From Minutocellus sp. GHC0000111 (taxonomy: Eukaryota), in the NCBI GenBank assembly GCA_977018835.1, contig OZ361261.1, positions 1,612,001 to 1,676,000 on the forward strand: a stretch of DNA of 64,000 nt. Direction: 5' to 3'. This document shows positions 11,833 through 22,264 of this stretch, piece by piece; the stretch's first letter is position 1, and the number at the start of each line of letters is the position of its first letter. The position numbers were made by a program, and so were the translations under genes. The notes under the pieces were generated by a model. The model saw only the letters and a program-made list of their open reading frames with translations, made no database searches and had not been told where the DNA came from.

Positions 11833-12492
11833 ATTTTGTTGAAGTAATTGTCAAACGAAATTGAAGAATATGAACATCACAGCGTGGGTGAGATGAGAAG
11901 GGGTGGAAATTTGAATTGGATACGTTCAATTTAGCGGCAATGATAGTAGGATGAAGGCAAATGAAATCGAATGCGACAAGGATCGTTCCCTCATTCTCAC
12001 CTTGACGAAACGAAATACAATAACTTCTACTAATGGTTTGATATTGTGGCTCCTGGTTGATTTGCTTGTTGCTTCCAACTTTGAACAATGAACGAAAAGA
12101 GACAGTTGGATGAAGAGGAAGCGTAGGGAACAAGAACTTTTTGCGACGGGCAGATGCGCCCCATAATGTCGTCCATAAATGGCGGTTCACAGATCTTGCT
12201 CTTTTGCCACAGCAAATCTTATGCCCCACCTGAGATGCATAAATAATGATGGACTCGATCGACTGTTTGCGTCGATGTGGCGGTCGAGTTTGTCGGTCCC
12301 GCGCCACATCGCACTACGACCAACTCGTACATACGCGTGACGTACGTACATCCTCATTTCATTATTTCGCGCGCATGCGCAGTGGTCCCCGCCCCGCCAG
12401 CGGCCCAAGCGCCAAGCGTTGAGCCAAGAACAGAGCACCCCGCGCCCGCGTCCCAACCGAATGTCGGCCATTGCATTGGATGAAACCGTACC

Positions 12493-14028
12493 ATGACATT
12501 TGCTGCTGCTGTTGGTCGGCGGCGTCGGTGGCGAAGCTCCGCAAGTAGAGGAGCAGCAGCAACAACAGCAGGCGGTCCCATTGCTCGACCCATCCCAGTG
12601 GCTTGCCTCGGAATCCTTGCTTCGTTGTGCTTCTTCGGTGTCCTGTTTCAACGCCATAATGCTCTAACCTCGATGCTTTCTAAGATTGCGAAGGAGAGTG
12701 AGACGTCTCCTTCAGATGCAAAAGTGCCCATTGTGCCAGTGTCGCCTTCGAACAAACGTGATACTACCAGAACGGGCAATGGCCACTTACAATCGGCACC
12801 GATGCCCTCTCGATTTCACAATTACACAAATTTGCCCGTCAACGAAGAAACGGACGAGTCTCGCGCCAAACTTCTTCAGTTGCTCTCGGAATCTGTCCCT
12901 CCACCTGTTGGGTTGCGAAATCGAGCGTCGCCACCAGGCCATGACGCCATCCTCGGACTTGCCGCATATCCCAAGAACATGGGCACGTGGAGGCGGTTGG
13001 TGGGATCCTTGCGAAATACCGGGTATGACGGACACATTATCTTTGGCGTGCATTCTGCCATTCCTCCAGAGGAGGAGGTGTACCTAAAGGAAATGGACGT
13101 GACATACTACGAAGTGGAGTTTGTCGATTGTGATGAGTCCATTCTCGTTGGTGGGGCCAATGCTGGTAAGGATGCTGTTCGGACCAAATGTGCCAAGGGA
13201 TATGAGCAGCTGACACTGGAATGGGGAAGATTCGAAATGGCTCGGCGCTGGCTATACGCTTGTGAGCAATGCACTGGTTGGAACTTGGTCATGGACACAA
13301 GGGACGTGTTCTTTCAGGCCCATCCCTTTGCATCATTGCCGTCGGCTGCAACAGTAGATGGAACTAACAATGACGATGACAATGACAACAGATATGTAGA
13401 TGGTGTCGCCGATCTACTCTTTATTGAGGAGATTGCTGCACATAGTTCGCCGGTGGCAGAATCTCATCGGTATTTTCAACTTGACAATCCTCGTTACAGT
13501 TCACGAACCGTGCCATGTTACGGTAGGAATCACATGAGGAGGTTTGCGCATAGACCTGTCTTGTGCTCGGGCACAATTGTGGGCACAAGGAATGGAATGC
13601 ATCGATTCCTCTCTGTACTTGTGGATGAATTCAACAGTAATAATAGAGGGCAAAAGGGTGCTTGTATGAACTCGGTGAGAGGTTTGACTGATCAATGGAC
13701 AATGAATTATCTTTATTATACGGGAAGGTTTGGTGATTACTCTCGAACCAAGAGTGTGCCGTGGGGATCTGGACCAGTCATGACGATTGGTAAACCATGC
13801 ATAAACAATGCTCTATGTCCCAACATTACGCACAGCCAAAAGGATTTGATTGATTTTCATGGAGATGGTGAAAAGGGGCTTATCCTAAATAATCACGAAG
13901 GTGCCCCAAGCAAGGCGAGAATAGCGCCCGTTGTACACCAACATGATCGATGTCACAGATGGATTCAAAAGTGGTTCCGTCACCACCCAGAGCTGTTTGA
14001 AGTCACGCCCAAGCTTGCTTGGAAATAA
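12493..14028 (+). CDS. Type II membrane glycosyltransferase-like protein (diatom-expanded family)
   Basis: 511-aa ORF with one N-terminal TM; motifs GSLRNTGYDGHII, MDTRDVFFQAHPF, CSGTIVG, DQ and VVHQHDR. Confidence 0.65.
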   Translation: MTFAAAVGRRRRWRSSASRGAAATTAGGPIARPIPVACLGILASLCFFGVLFQRHNALTSMLSKIAKESETSPSDAKVPIVPVSPSNKRDTTRTGNGHLQSAPMPSRFHNYTNLPVNEETDESRAKLLQLLSESVPPPVGLRNRASPPGHDAILGLAAYPKNMGTWRRLVGSLRNTGYDGHIIFGVHSAIPPEEEVYLKEMDVTYYEVEFVDCDESILVGGANAGKDAVRTKCAKGYEQLTLEWGRFEMARRWLYACEQCTGWNLVMDTRDVFFQAHPFASLPSAATVDGTNNDDDNDNRYVDGVADLLFIEEIAAHSSPVAESHRYFQLDNPRYSSRTVPCYGRNHMRRFAHRPVLCSGTIVGTRNGMHRFLSVLVDEFNSNNRGQKGACMNSVRGLTDQWTMNYLYYTGRFGDYSRTKSVPWGSGPVMTIGKPCINNALCPNITHSQKDLIDFHGDGEKGLILNNHEGAPSKARIAPVVHQHDRCHRWIQKWFRHHPELFEVTPKLAWK

Positions 14029-15293
14029 TTACTCAGTGCATAGAAATAGTCCAAATACGGTGAAGATAATAGATCTACAGTGTAGGAATTCCTACCTACC
14101 GGTCAGCATATCAACAAAAGGCGGCAGCGCACGTAGATCTACACAAACGAAGACTTTCAAGAGGTACTAAAAGTTTGTGCTCGCATGGCGGTAGCTCGGG
14201 GTGATGCAGTATATAACTCTCCGATTTTTGAGACCGAGGTAAAGGGTGGAGCATATTCTGTCACCTTACACCTTTATCGTCGAGCGATTGCTGGTGCCAT
14301 TGCCCGTGGTCTCTCTCTGCATAAGAGATCACGACTGCACTTTGTTCGAGGCTCGAGAGGAGAGGCAGCCAGGGTCGCTGAGGAGGCAAAGAATCATTTT
14401 GAAACTGGTAGGTGCTCTGATAGTGACGGATTCTCGGCTCGTCATTCGAGTCGAGAATATGGTTACTACGAGCAGTTTAGAGGATTTAGAAGTGGACCTG
14501 AACGGCGCTATGAGTAATTATCTGCGGCTGGTTTTGCTTGTCCTACTTTCTTCGCTTCTCATCTTCTGATTATGTCGATCCTATCGTGCGGGCTTGGCAA
14601 TTTCGACCCCTCACTTGGTGCGGGGTTTTTTGAGGAGGGGGAGGGATTTTCGGCAGACTTTAGGGTTAGCCCTAACCCTAAGGCAATGGGAGCCGTCTCG
14701 GCGACCTCAAACACACGGCATTGGAAGTGAAAATTTGCGCAAAAGAACACAACATGCGATCAGATGCCGCGCGATTGCTCGTCATCCCGCCGTCGGCCCA
14801 GCAACCTGACACACAAACACGCTCCACATGTGCTCCGGTCGAGATGTTGGGCCTTGGTCGGTCGTTGGAGCTCTTGTGGGTGGAGCAAAGGGGTCGGTTG
14901 CAACACGTGCAAAATCCCCTCACACGGTGAGAATTTGGGACAAACTTTCCACGGAGCCGATCGATGACTAATATTCGGATCTAAAACCTCGGAGAGGTCG
15001 CGTTAGAAAGCAAAGATCTAGTAGAAGACTGTGATAGTATCTATTTTGGCTCTTTTTAGATTTATAGTAATTTTATTTTTTTTCAAAAAAAATTCCCGCA
15101 CTTAAAACATGGTTGCCAAGCCCGCACGATAAACGTCTACGTAGAAAATCGTTACATGTACAGCGCGATCGATCGGTCTGTCTGTCGCTCGATCGTCATT
15201 ACCGCCACAGCAAGGCTGCAAGGCAAAGGCCAACGTCAACAAAATCACAGACGAGCGATACGAGCCTCCCTCTTGTGCCGGTACTGCCAAACC

Positions 15294-16315
15294 ATGTCCT
15301 CGTCCATACGTGCAGGTTTACCAGATGAAATTATTTCCCAGCTTCTTGGCTCCTTTGCCGATGGCAAGGCAATCTCCACGTTTTATTGGGCACTTCAGTC
15401 GAACCGCTCTCTCCGCCAAGACGGCAGTGCGTTCGATATCATCCGAAATGCCCTGGTCCATCGATTGAAATCGTTTGCTGCAGATAAGAGATTGAAACCG
15501 AGCCGGTGTGAAGAAATGAGGGATTGCATTGACATATTTCGAGAAGAGATTCGAACGGCAAATGTTGATATTGAGCTGGGCCGCTTGGTGGATGACATGA
15601 AACGAATATCGAATCTGAATAGAACTTCCATGACAATCGTCTCTGAGTGGTGCGCTATCGTTGAGTACTTTGACATCAGTTTGTGTTTGGATGAGTACGT
15701 CGTTTGGGTGGGCGAAATAGAAACACGCTTTGGTCGAATGAGGTCCGTCTGTGTCCGGAGTCCCTTTTGGTCAATCACAAATTTTCAGTACATGTTTCAA
15801 CAGCTGGAACTTGGTTGCGAGGGATTGGTGCCGCCCAACCCAACCTCCAGCTTTGTTCATTTACTAGATCAGCCATACGGATCGCTAGCAGCGCTTGCAG
15901 AGGTTGATGTAGAAGTCATGCAGAGGTTGATGTAGAAGTCATGCAGAGGCTTCGTGTATCGATGTCTCTTGACGAGGAATCCAATCGATTTGCGCTCGTG
16001 CCAAATCAATTCGAATATGAAGACTCTACAATTGCGTTCACACCCACGCCCAATGATCAAGCCGGTCAAGAGATGCTGCAACATGAACGACACCTCCGAT
16101 GTCTATGGGATCAACAAGACGAAATTGATTTTGATGAATCGCTTTCCAATTTTGGTGAAGATTGTTTGCGAATTTTACAGCGTTTGCAATCAGCGTTGCA
16201 TCTTCATACAAAGGAGATGGAAGTGGGCAGTCATCGAAATGAAGCTGCGTCCCAGGTTTGGCGAGAATTTATCGGCTCAGACCTTTCATCGTTTGAGGAA
16301 GGTGCACTGATTTGA
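15294..16315 (+). pseudogene. Hypothetical protein (F-box-like N-terminus) broken by a 23-bp tandem duplication
   Basis: LPDEIISQLLGSF near the N-terminus. Removing one TGCAGAGGTTGATGTAGAAGTCA copy (15896-15941) fuses ORFs 15156-15935 and 15941-16315 in frame. Confidence 0.7.
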
Positions 16316-16552
16316 CTTTTTGTGTGGCGTAGACTACATGGTCTTCCTGCACTTCCAGGCTCATGCATGTACCTCGACACAACTAGAATGTGAATGCATG
16401 GGCAGCTACTTCGACATATTTATTAATAGTAGTCTTTCAGCCTTCCGTGTTATGATCAATTAAAGATCTAAATAAATATATAAGATTTCTGCTGCCACTT
16501 CTTCTATTACACTGGCACGCCCTCGCCCTTCTTTTATCAGTCTGATATCTAG

Positions 16553-17032
16553 CTAGTTTGGGTTGACTTGTGAGTATTGAATTACTGTCTTGCTCGTTCT
16601 TTCATAAATCATTTGGTCGCGGAGACCATTGGCGACGGCATTTTGTCTCGTCTGTTCGGATGAGGTCTCCGATACTTTGGCAATTTCGTCGTGGCTGATA
16701 TCGGCTTCTTCCCACTGCCGGTCTTGTTCGTCGAGAATGACGTCGATGTGCTTCTCTTTGTTGATTTTCGTTGCCTGAAGTATGGAAGCGTTCTTCAGTG
16801 CTTCCAAACCACGGAAGCAAAGACCTTGGGAGTGGTCTTCAGTGGCATTCCTTCGCATGGCTTGGACGTTCTTGGCAACATCGGCGAGGCTTGTCTTGTT
16901 TTCTTCGGGCGTGATCCAGACAGCATCAATCTCGGCGTCGGAAAAGTCAGACAGGCTTTCGACGAGGTAGATGCGAGTTCGCTTGGCAAAGCCGACGCTT
17001 TTATTCGCCGTGATGGTGGAGGCGGTGCTCAT
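16553..17032 (-). CDS. Small diatom-type conserved hypothetical protein
   Basis: 159-aa ORF with the pattern KSVGF...DFSDAEIDAVW...CFRGLE...VILDEQDRQW, recalled from an expanded diatom family. Confidence 0.65.
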   Translation of the reverse strand: MSTASTITANKSVGFAKRTRIYLVESLSDFSDAEIDAVWITPEENKTSLADVAKNVQAMRRNATEDHSQGLCFRGLEALKNASILQATKINKEKHIDVILDEQDRQWEEADISHDEIAKVSETSSEQTRQNAVANGLRDQMIYERTSKTVIQYSQVNPN

Positions 17033-17283
17033 GTTGGTTGGGGGTCGTCGTGTTGGTTGGTAGAATAGGCTTGGTTTGTGTTGTTTGGGTTTCGAAGAGC
17101 GAATAAAGCAGGTTGAGCTACTCGTAGTAGTAAGTTGGAGTTTCGTGCAAAAGTAAGTTGATTATTGGGGGGATTACGATCATGGGAAGACTTATGAGAA
17201 CGTTGAAGTAATGGAGAAACTACGATCATATAAAGAAACTTATGAGAGCAAAAACAGCTGCTGTAGGGCGCCTCGACAGATCC

Positions 17284-18870
17284 TCATATTGAGCATATCA
17301 TCTTTACGTCACAGAAACCTAAGTTTACCACTGGCGTCTGTACTTTATATGCCCAACTTGAGGGCCTGAGCGGCTCGTCTCCGAATCCGCCACGCAACAA
17401 CCAACCTACGACCGCCTTAGACAGCAAGACAAGCGGATTAAGCACCGAACGAGGAGGGCAATCTGAGGATTGAGTGTCATTCATGTCGATGTACCACAGG
17501 CTCAGATATTGGTTGGGCCGAGCATCGCGAGAGAAGGTTCCTAATCTTACGACGCCGCTCTGATACCACCTTCCAATCAGCACGTCACTCTCCCCGTCGC
17601 GAAGTGCCAGCGACACCTTGATGCCATCGACCGGCACGCCCTCCCGATGATATACCTTGAGCAAATCACCGACTCCCAGCTCCTCCCTGTAGAGCTGAAG
17701 GCCTTTCACTATGGGTCCACTGCCGGTCATCTCGTCGACGTGGCCGCTGTGGCTGCGCAAGTTCTCGTTGATGTTCTGCAGTGCCAGTCCAATGACGCGA
17801 TGGACGGGTGGGCTGGATATGGCCCCGTTCCATACATACCCGGTGCCGGGATCTGTGTAGGGGAAGGACGCCACACCACTCTCGGCGGTGACCAGCTCGT
17901 CCAGACCGGCACAGGGCAGCACGTCCAGGTCGAGGTACACCCCACCAAAGGCATGAAGGGCAACCAGCCGTACAAAGTTGGATATCCGCTGGGGGTCGGA
18001 GGTGGACTTGATGCGTTGCCACGTATCATATAAATGATCGTACTGAAATTCAATCAGCTCGTCGGCCTCGTCAAGGGTCCATACTTTTGACTTGTATCCG
18101 AGCGAGTACGCCTCGCGACGGGTGTAGTCGATCAAAGGCTGCCAGTACAACGGGGGTGGGATCTGCGGCGCGTCGGGATCGAGCAGGGTGAGCGTGTTGG
18201 GATTGATGGTCACGAGGTGCAATATCTTGGGTATGTGTTGAAATAGTTTGCGTGCCTCGGTGGCGGCATCGAGATGACGGGGTTGGGATCGCAGGGCCTG
18301 GATTTGGGCAGCCTCGTACCGTCGTTGGAGGGCCTCGCGGAATTCGGTGAGCTCGCCGAGCTGCCGGGAGGTGGGAAGGTCTTCCCAATTTTCGGAAAGT
18401 TCTCGCAATTCGCGTTGCTGGGCTTCGGCCACCCGGTTGGCCAGGAGGGTACGAGCGGCGTGGCCATGCTGGTCTGTGGCACCGGCTACTTTGATACCAT
18501 CGTCTTCTTCGTCTTGCTCTTGGTCAGTAGCAGCAGCCTTCTGACGTCTCTGCCTCCCAGGACGGCTCGGCCGGCCCATACCGGCAGCCTTTCGCCGGGC
18601 GTCGTAGCCTGTAACCCTGGCTGCTGCTGGAACGTTGACCTTGAGACCTCTTCGAATTGACGAGGAGTCTTTTCCTCCACTCCCAGAAGTAAAGAGGCCA
18701 GCAGCCACAATGACCAGAGCCGAGGCAGCGGTCAGGAGGGCGATTCTTTTGTTTTTTCGTCGGTTCATTGACAATGCAATGGGGTTTATTGTATTTGCTG
18801 CCATATCGTTCGCTGGGTCGGATGGAGGTGGTATCTGCAGCTCGTCACGTTGGCGGCGGCGGCCCGTCAT
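17284..18870 (-). CDS. GT32/OCH1-like DxD glycosyltransferase, type II membrane
   Basis: TM helix, then IPKILH, WT, RISNFVRLVALHAFGGVYLDLDV and TGSG motifs. The extreme 3' end is uncertain. Confidence 0.8.
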   Translation of the reverse strand: MTGRRRQRDELQIPPPSDPANDMAANTINPIALSMNRRKNKRIALLTAASALVIVAAGLFTSGSGGKDSSSIRRGLKVNVPAAARVTGYDARRKAAGMGRPSRPGRQRRQKAAATDQEQDEEDDGIKVAGATDQHGHAARTLLANRVAEAQQRELRELSENWEDLPTSRQLGELTEFREALQRRYEAAQIQALRSQPRHLDAATEARKLFQHIPKILHLVTINPNTLTLLDPDAPQIPPPLYWQPLIDYTRREAYSLGYKSKVWTLDEADELIEFQYDHLYDTWQRIKSTSDPQRISNFVRLVALHAFGGVYLDLDVLPCAGLDELVTAESGVASFPYTDPGTGYVWNGAISSPPVHRVIGLALQNINENLRSHSGHVDEMTGSGPIVKGLQLYREELGVGDLLKVYHREGVPVDGIKVSLALRDGESDVLIGRWYQSGVVRLGTFSRDARPNQYLSLWYIDMNDTQSSDCPPRSVLNPLVLLSKAVVGWLLRGGFGDEPLRPSSWAYKVQTPVVNLGFCDVKMICSI

Positions 18871-18987
18871 GGTTGACTTGCGTTGCTTGAAATGGTTTGT
18901 GCCTGTCAATGACCGGATGACACAACTTGTGCCACTCTCGATGACCCTTTCATGCCTTTCCTCTTCCATAAAATCCAGCAACCAACC

Positions 18988-21366
18988 ATGACGGCCTTTC
19001 CCCGCCGCTCGGCAAGGCGAAGCCGCCCCCCAACCCTCGCTCTGCACAGCAATCACACCACAAGCCCAAATTCCAATGCTGGCAAATCCGCTACGCAAGC
19101 CCTCCGTCGGTATGGAGGCGTCGCCTCTCTCGCCCTCGCGGCGGTCTTTCTGCTGTCTTCCGAAGACCTGGCACCTCTGGCCGCCTTTACCGGTTCCAAC
19201 AACAAGCCCGCCGGCAGAGTCCGCAGCCGCAACCTCCGCGTCATGGACTCCTCCAATCCCGAAGAAAATATGGCTAGGCCGGTCGACCTGCCGTACGATC
19301 CGACCAACCCCCTCCTGTCGCGAGGCGAGCGGAATCTAGGCGCAATGACCAGCAGCGGCGATAACTCAGCAAAGACTGACGAGCCGACCAAGGGCTGGTC
19401 CGTGGGCGACGTGTTCTGTCGCAGCTCCGCCGGTGATTACAACGACGACGGCAGTGGCAGCCATCGATCCCTCAGCTCGGGATCGGATTCGTCCAGCGGT
19501 GGTGGCTGGTTCTCCAGCTTTGGCTCGCCCTTTGGAGGCGCCGGCAACAATTTCGGTGGTCTGGGAGATGACCTGCGCAGCATTCAGGAGGCGCTGGATC
19601 GGGTCATCATGCCCTCCCGAAGATTTTCGGCCAACTGGAACGACGATCGCAAGAGGTATCTGTACGAGTGGAGCGATGGTGTGACGAGTGAGCCCGTGGA
19701 GGGTGCTACTGCTGATGAGGAACAGGACGAAGATCCCCGTCCCATCATGCACACCTTTTTCGATGCCATTTCGTCCAAGGGACTGGAGGATGAGCTGGCT
19801 TTGGTGGCCGCGTGGGAGGCAGCCTGGCAGAGTGCCGGATGGCGCACCAAGGTACTGACCGGGGAGGATGCCAAGCGACATTTCCAATACGACGAGTTGT
19901 GGCCCTTGATTGATGCCATGCCTCTGATTCAGTACGACAAACTGTGCTATCTGCGTTGGTTGGCCATGGGTGCTACTGAAGGTGGCTGGATGAGCGATTA
20001 CGACACGGTGCCGCTCCGTGGATCGTTGGAACGCGCGGTAGACCTCAGCTATCGACCCACGTTCACAGTCTATGGGCAGAATTTGAGCGGCGATGCCGTC
20101 CCAGCCTTGCTCAGCGGTAGCGCCAGCGAATGGAATCGCATGGTCAATGCCCTGGTGAGATTGGGACCTGCGGCTGTGGAGACAGTGGGCAAATTTCCGT
20201 TCCCAAGTGATATGTATTCTCTGATGAGTTTGCAGTACAGCGATGAGGTGAGTGTTCCATAAATGAATATATCGTTTATATATGTGTGCTACTTTTGTCG
20301 CGACAGGATAGATTTCTCACATCATCTCCATTTTCCATTCATCCAGGTTTACTTCCACGTAAAGAATGATCTCATGCGTGGTCAGGATGCCTTTTTCTCC
20401 CTCGTCGACGGGCCCGATGCCTTCAAGTGCTCCAAGTTTAACCACTTGGAAATGTTCGAGGGCCAACGCGTCCCAGATTGGAGGGCCATCCACTTTTCCC
20501 ATGCCGCTCTCATGGACGTCAACGTTGGTTTCAACAACATCGCTTCGTATCGTCCCAAGTTTGCGCTTCGATGGAATTCTCTCTACCGCAATAAGTGCCT
20601 CGGCGAGCCCATGCCAGGCACTCAAGAAGAGGGTGGCGATCCTATGCCCATTGAAAATAATGAGGCCGAGACAGAATCAGTACCTGTCGTCGTCGATTCT
20701 GAAGTCGAGACTTCCGCCGAAGTTCTCGCCCAAGAGGAGGAGGCCAACAGCCCCGAGACCGTCGAGGCTCTTGACGCCATGGAAGAAATTGAACAGGCCA
20801 TCACATCTCAGTTCGAGGACGCCAAGGCCGAACTGGAGGCGCAGATGCAGTATGCCGCAGCTGCCGCCGAGCAAGACGCCGAGGCCAAGGCCGACGCCGA
20901 GTACGAAGCCTTTTACAACGATCAAGGCAAGCCGGCGAGAATTCTCGAAGTCAAGGAAGAGGACGAGGTTTCTGCTGCTGAAGGAGATGCCACCGATTCC
21001 ACTCTTAGCGTGGAAGCCGAGGAGCCTTCTGCCATATCCGATGGCGGACGAGTCCTCACAACTACTGATGCTGTTGATGAGCCGGCAGCTACCGCTCCTA
21101 GCGTCGAGGGCTACAAGCTCGCGGAAGGAGCTATGGCTCCCGGTAGCATACTGGAAAGGGCTCTAGCCCCGGATGTCCCCGCCGTTCCAGTTTCAGATAC
21201 ACTGGCCGTTCCTGTTCCAGAGATTCCCTCTGACCTATCGGGCGAACGTGCGCTAACGACGGAGGAGCCGGTGGCACCGTCGGTTCCCGAGGCAGCGGCG
21301 CCAGAAACAGGAAACACGGACTATCTGACTCCTCCAGTCCCATCCATGCCTGTACCGACTACGTAG
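18988..21366 (+). CDS. Type II membrane DxD glycosyltransferase-like protein with an acidic low-complexity tail; exons 18988-20247 and 20347-21366
   Basis: RPIMHTFF, WEAAWQSAGW and CYLRWLAMGATEGGWMSDYD motifs; phase-0 GTGAG...CCAG intron 20248-20346. Confidence 0.7.
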
Positions 21367-21567
21367 ATATCAAGACACGCAAACAATTGAATGCATAATA
21401 TATATTTAGGAGAAGTATAAGATGTTCCGTTGTAGGTATAGAGTGATGTGATTTGTGCCCACAAAAATTCGATTCGATAAAATCTTACGGTGATCACGGG
21501 ACGTCTGGTGGTGTCTCGAGGATCTTCACAGAAGAGGCTTTGGCTTCACAACTAGACTAAACCTAAG

Positions 21568-22002
21568 ATGTTGGCTGTCAAGAGCAGGCCTGTTGACGAG
21601 GATCTTATTGCCCCTCTCAAGGAGAAGCTTTTACTTCTACAGTCAGAGGAGAGGTTAGATGAAGACGAGATAACATCCTTCTGTCACGACGAACACAACC
21701 TACGTCGTTTCCTGGTGGCGCGTGACAAAGATCTAGACAAATCTTATGAGATGGCAGCCGCAGCTATCAAGTGGAGATCTGAGATTAAGCCAGCAAACCT
21801 TACGGTTGCCGATTTTGTCACTGCCAACTCGCAGGGGGTGTGGCGCTTTGCTGGCTATGCAAAGAACGGCAATTCCAGTTCGATTATATTGGAAAGGAAC
21901 TATCTCGCTGAGCCTACCGCATACTTTTGTGGAACATCCTCCATCACTCCAGCCGGAAGATCAGATACGATTCTTACAACATGGAGAATAATAATTGGAT
22001 AA
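21568..22002 (+). pseudogene. Truncated CRAL-TRIO/Sec14-like gene fragment
   Basis: NLRRFLVARDKDLDKSYEMAAAAIKWR...GYAKNG matches a CRAL-TRIO N-terminal region. Similarity is lost after about 21870 and there is no room for the lipid-binding domain before RNR. Confidence 0.65.
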
Positions 22003-22264
22003 GAATAGGAATACCTCGCTGAGCCTACAAAATAAATACTTTTACAGCTGTGTGAAAGATCGTAAATCTAAATTGGCTCAGTTTCTTAGGTTATTCTGTT
22101 GACTGGCTGCGTAACTATTACTATATCTTCTGGAAAACAAACAAATGGTGAAGGTAAAAAATGCTCTCTAGACTCCCCGATGTGTAGAGTTGGTTTCATG
22201 AAAGGTTGATGCTTTCCGACCCGCAATCGACGTAATCGCGTGCCTCTATGCTCCAACCATCACT

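Noticed and set aside
14185..14967. Short overlapping ORFs
   Set aside because: No domains or convincing protein-like composition; possibly repeat-derived.
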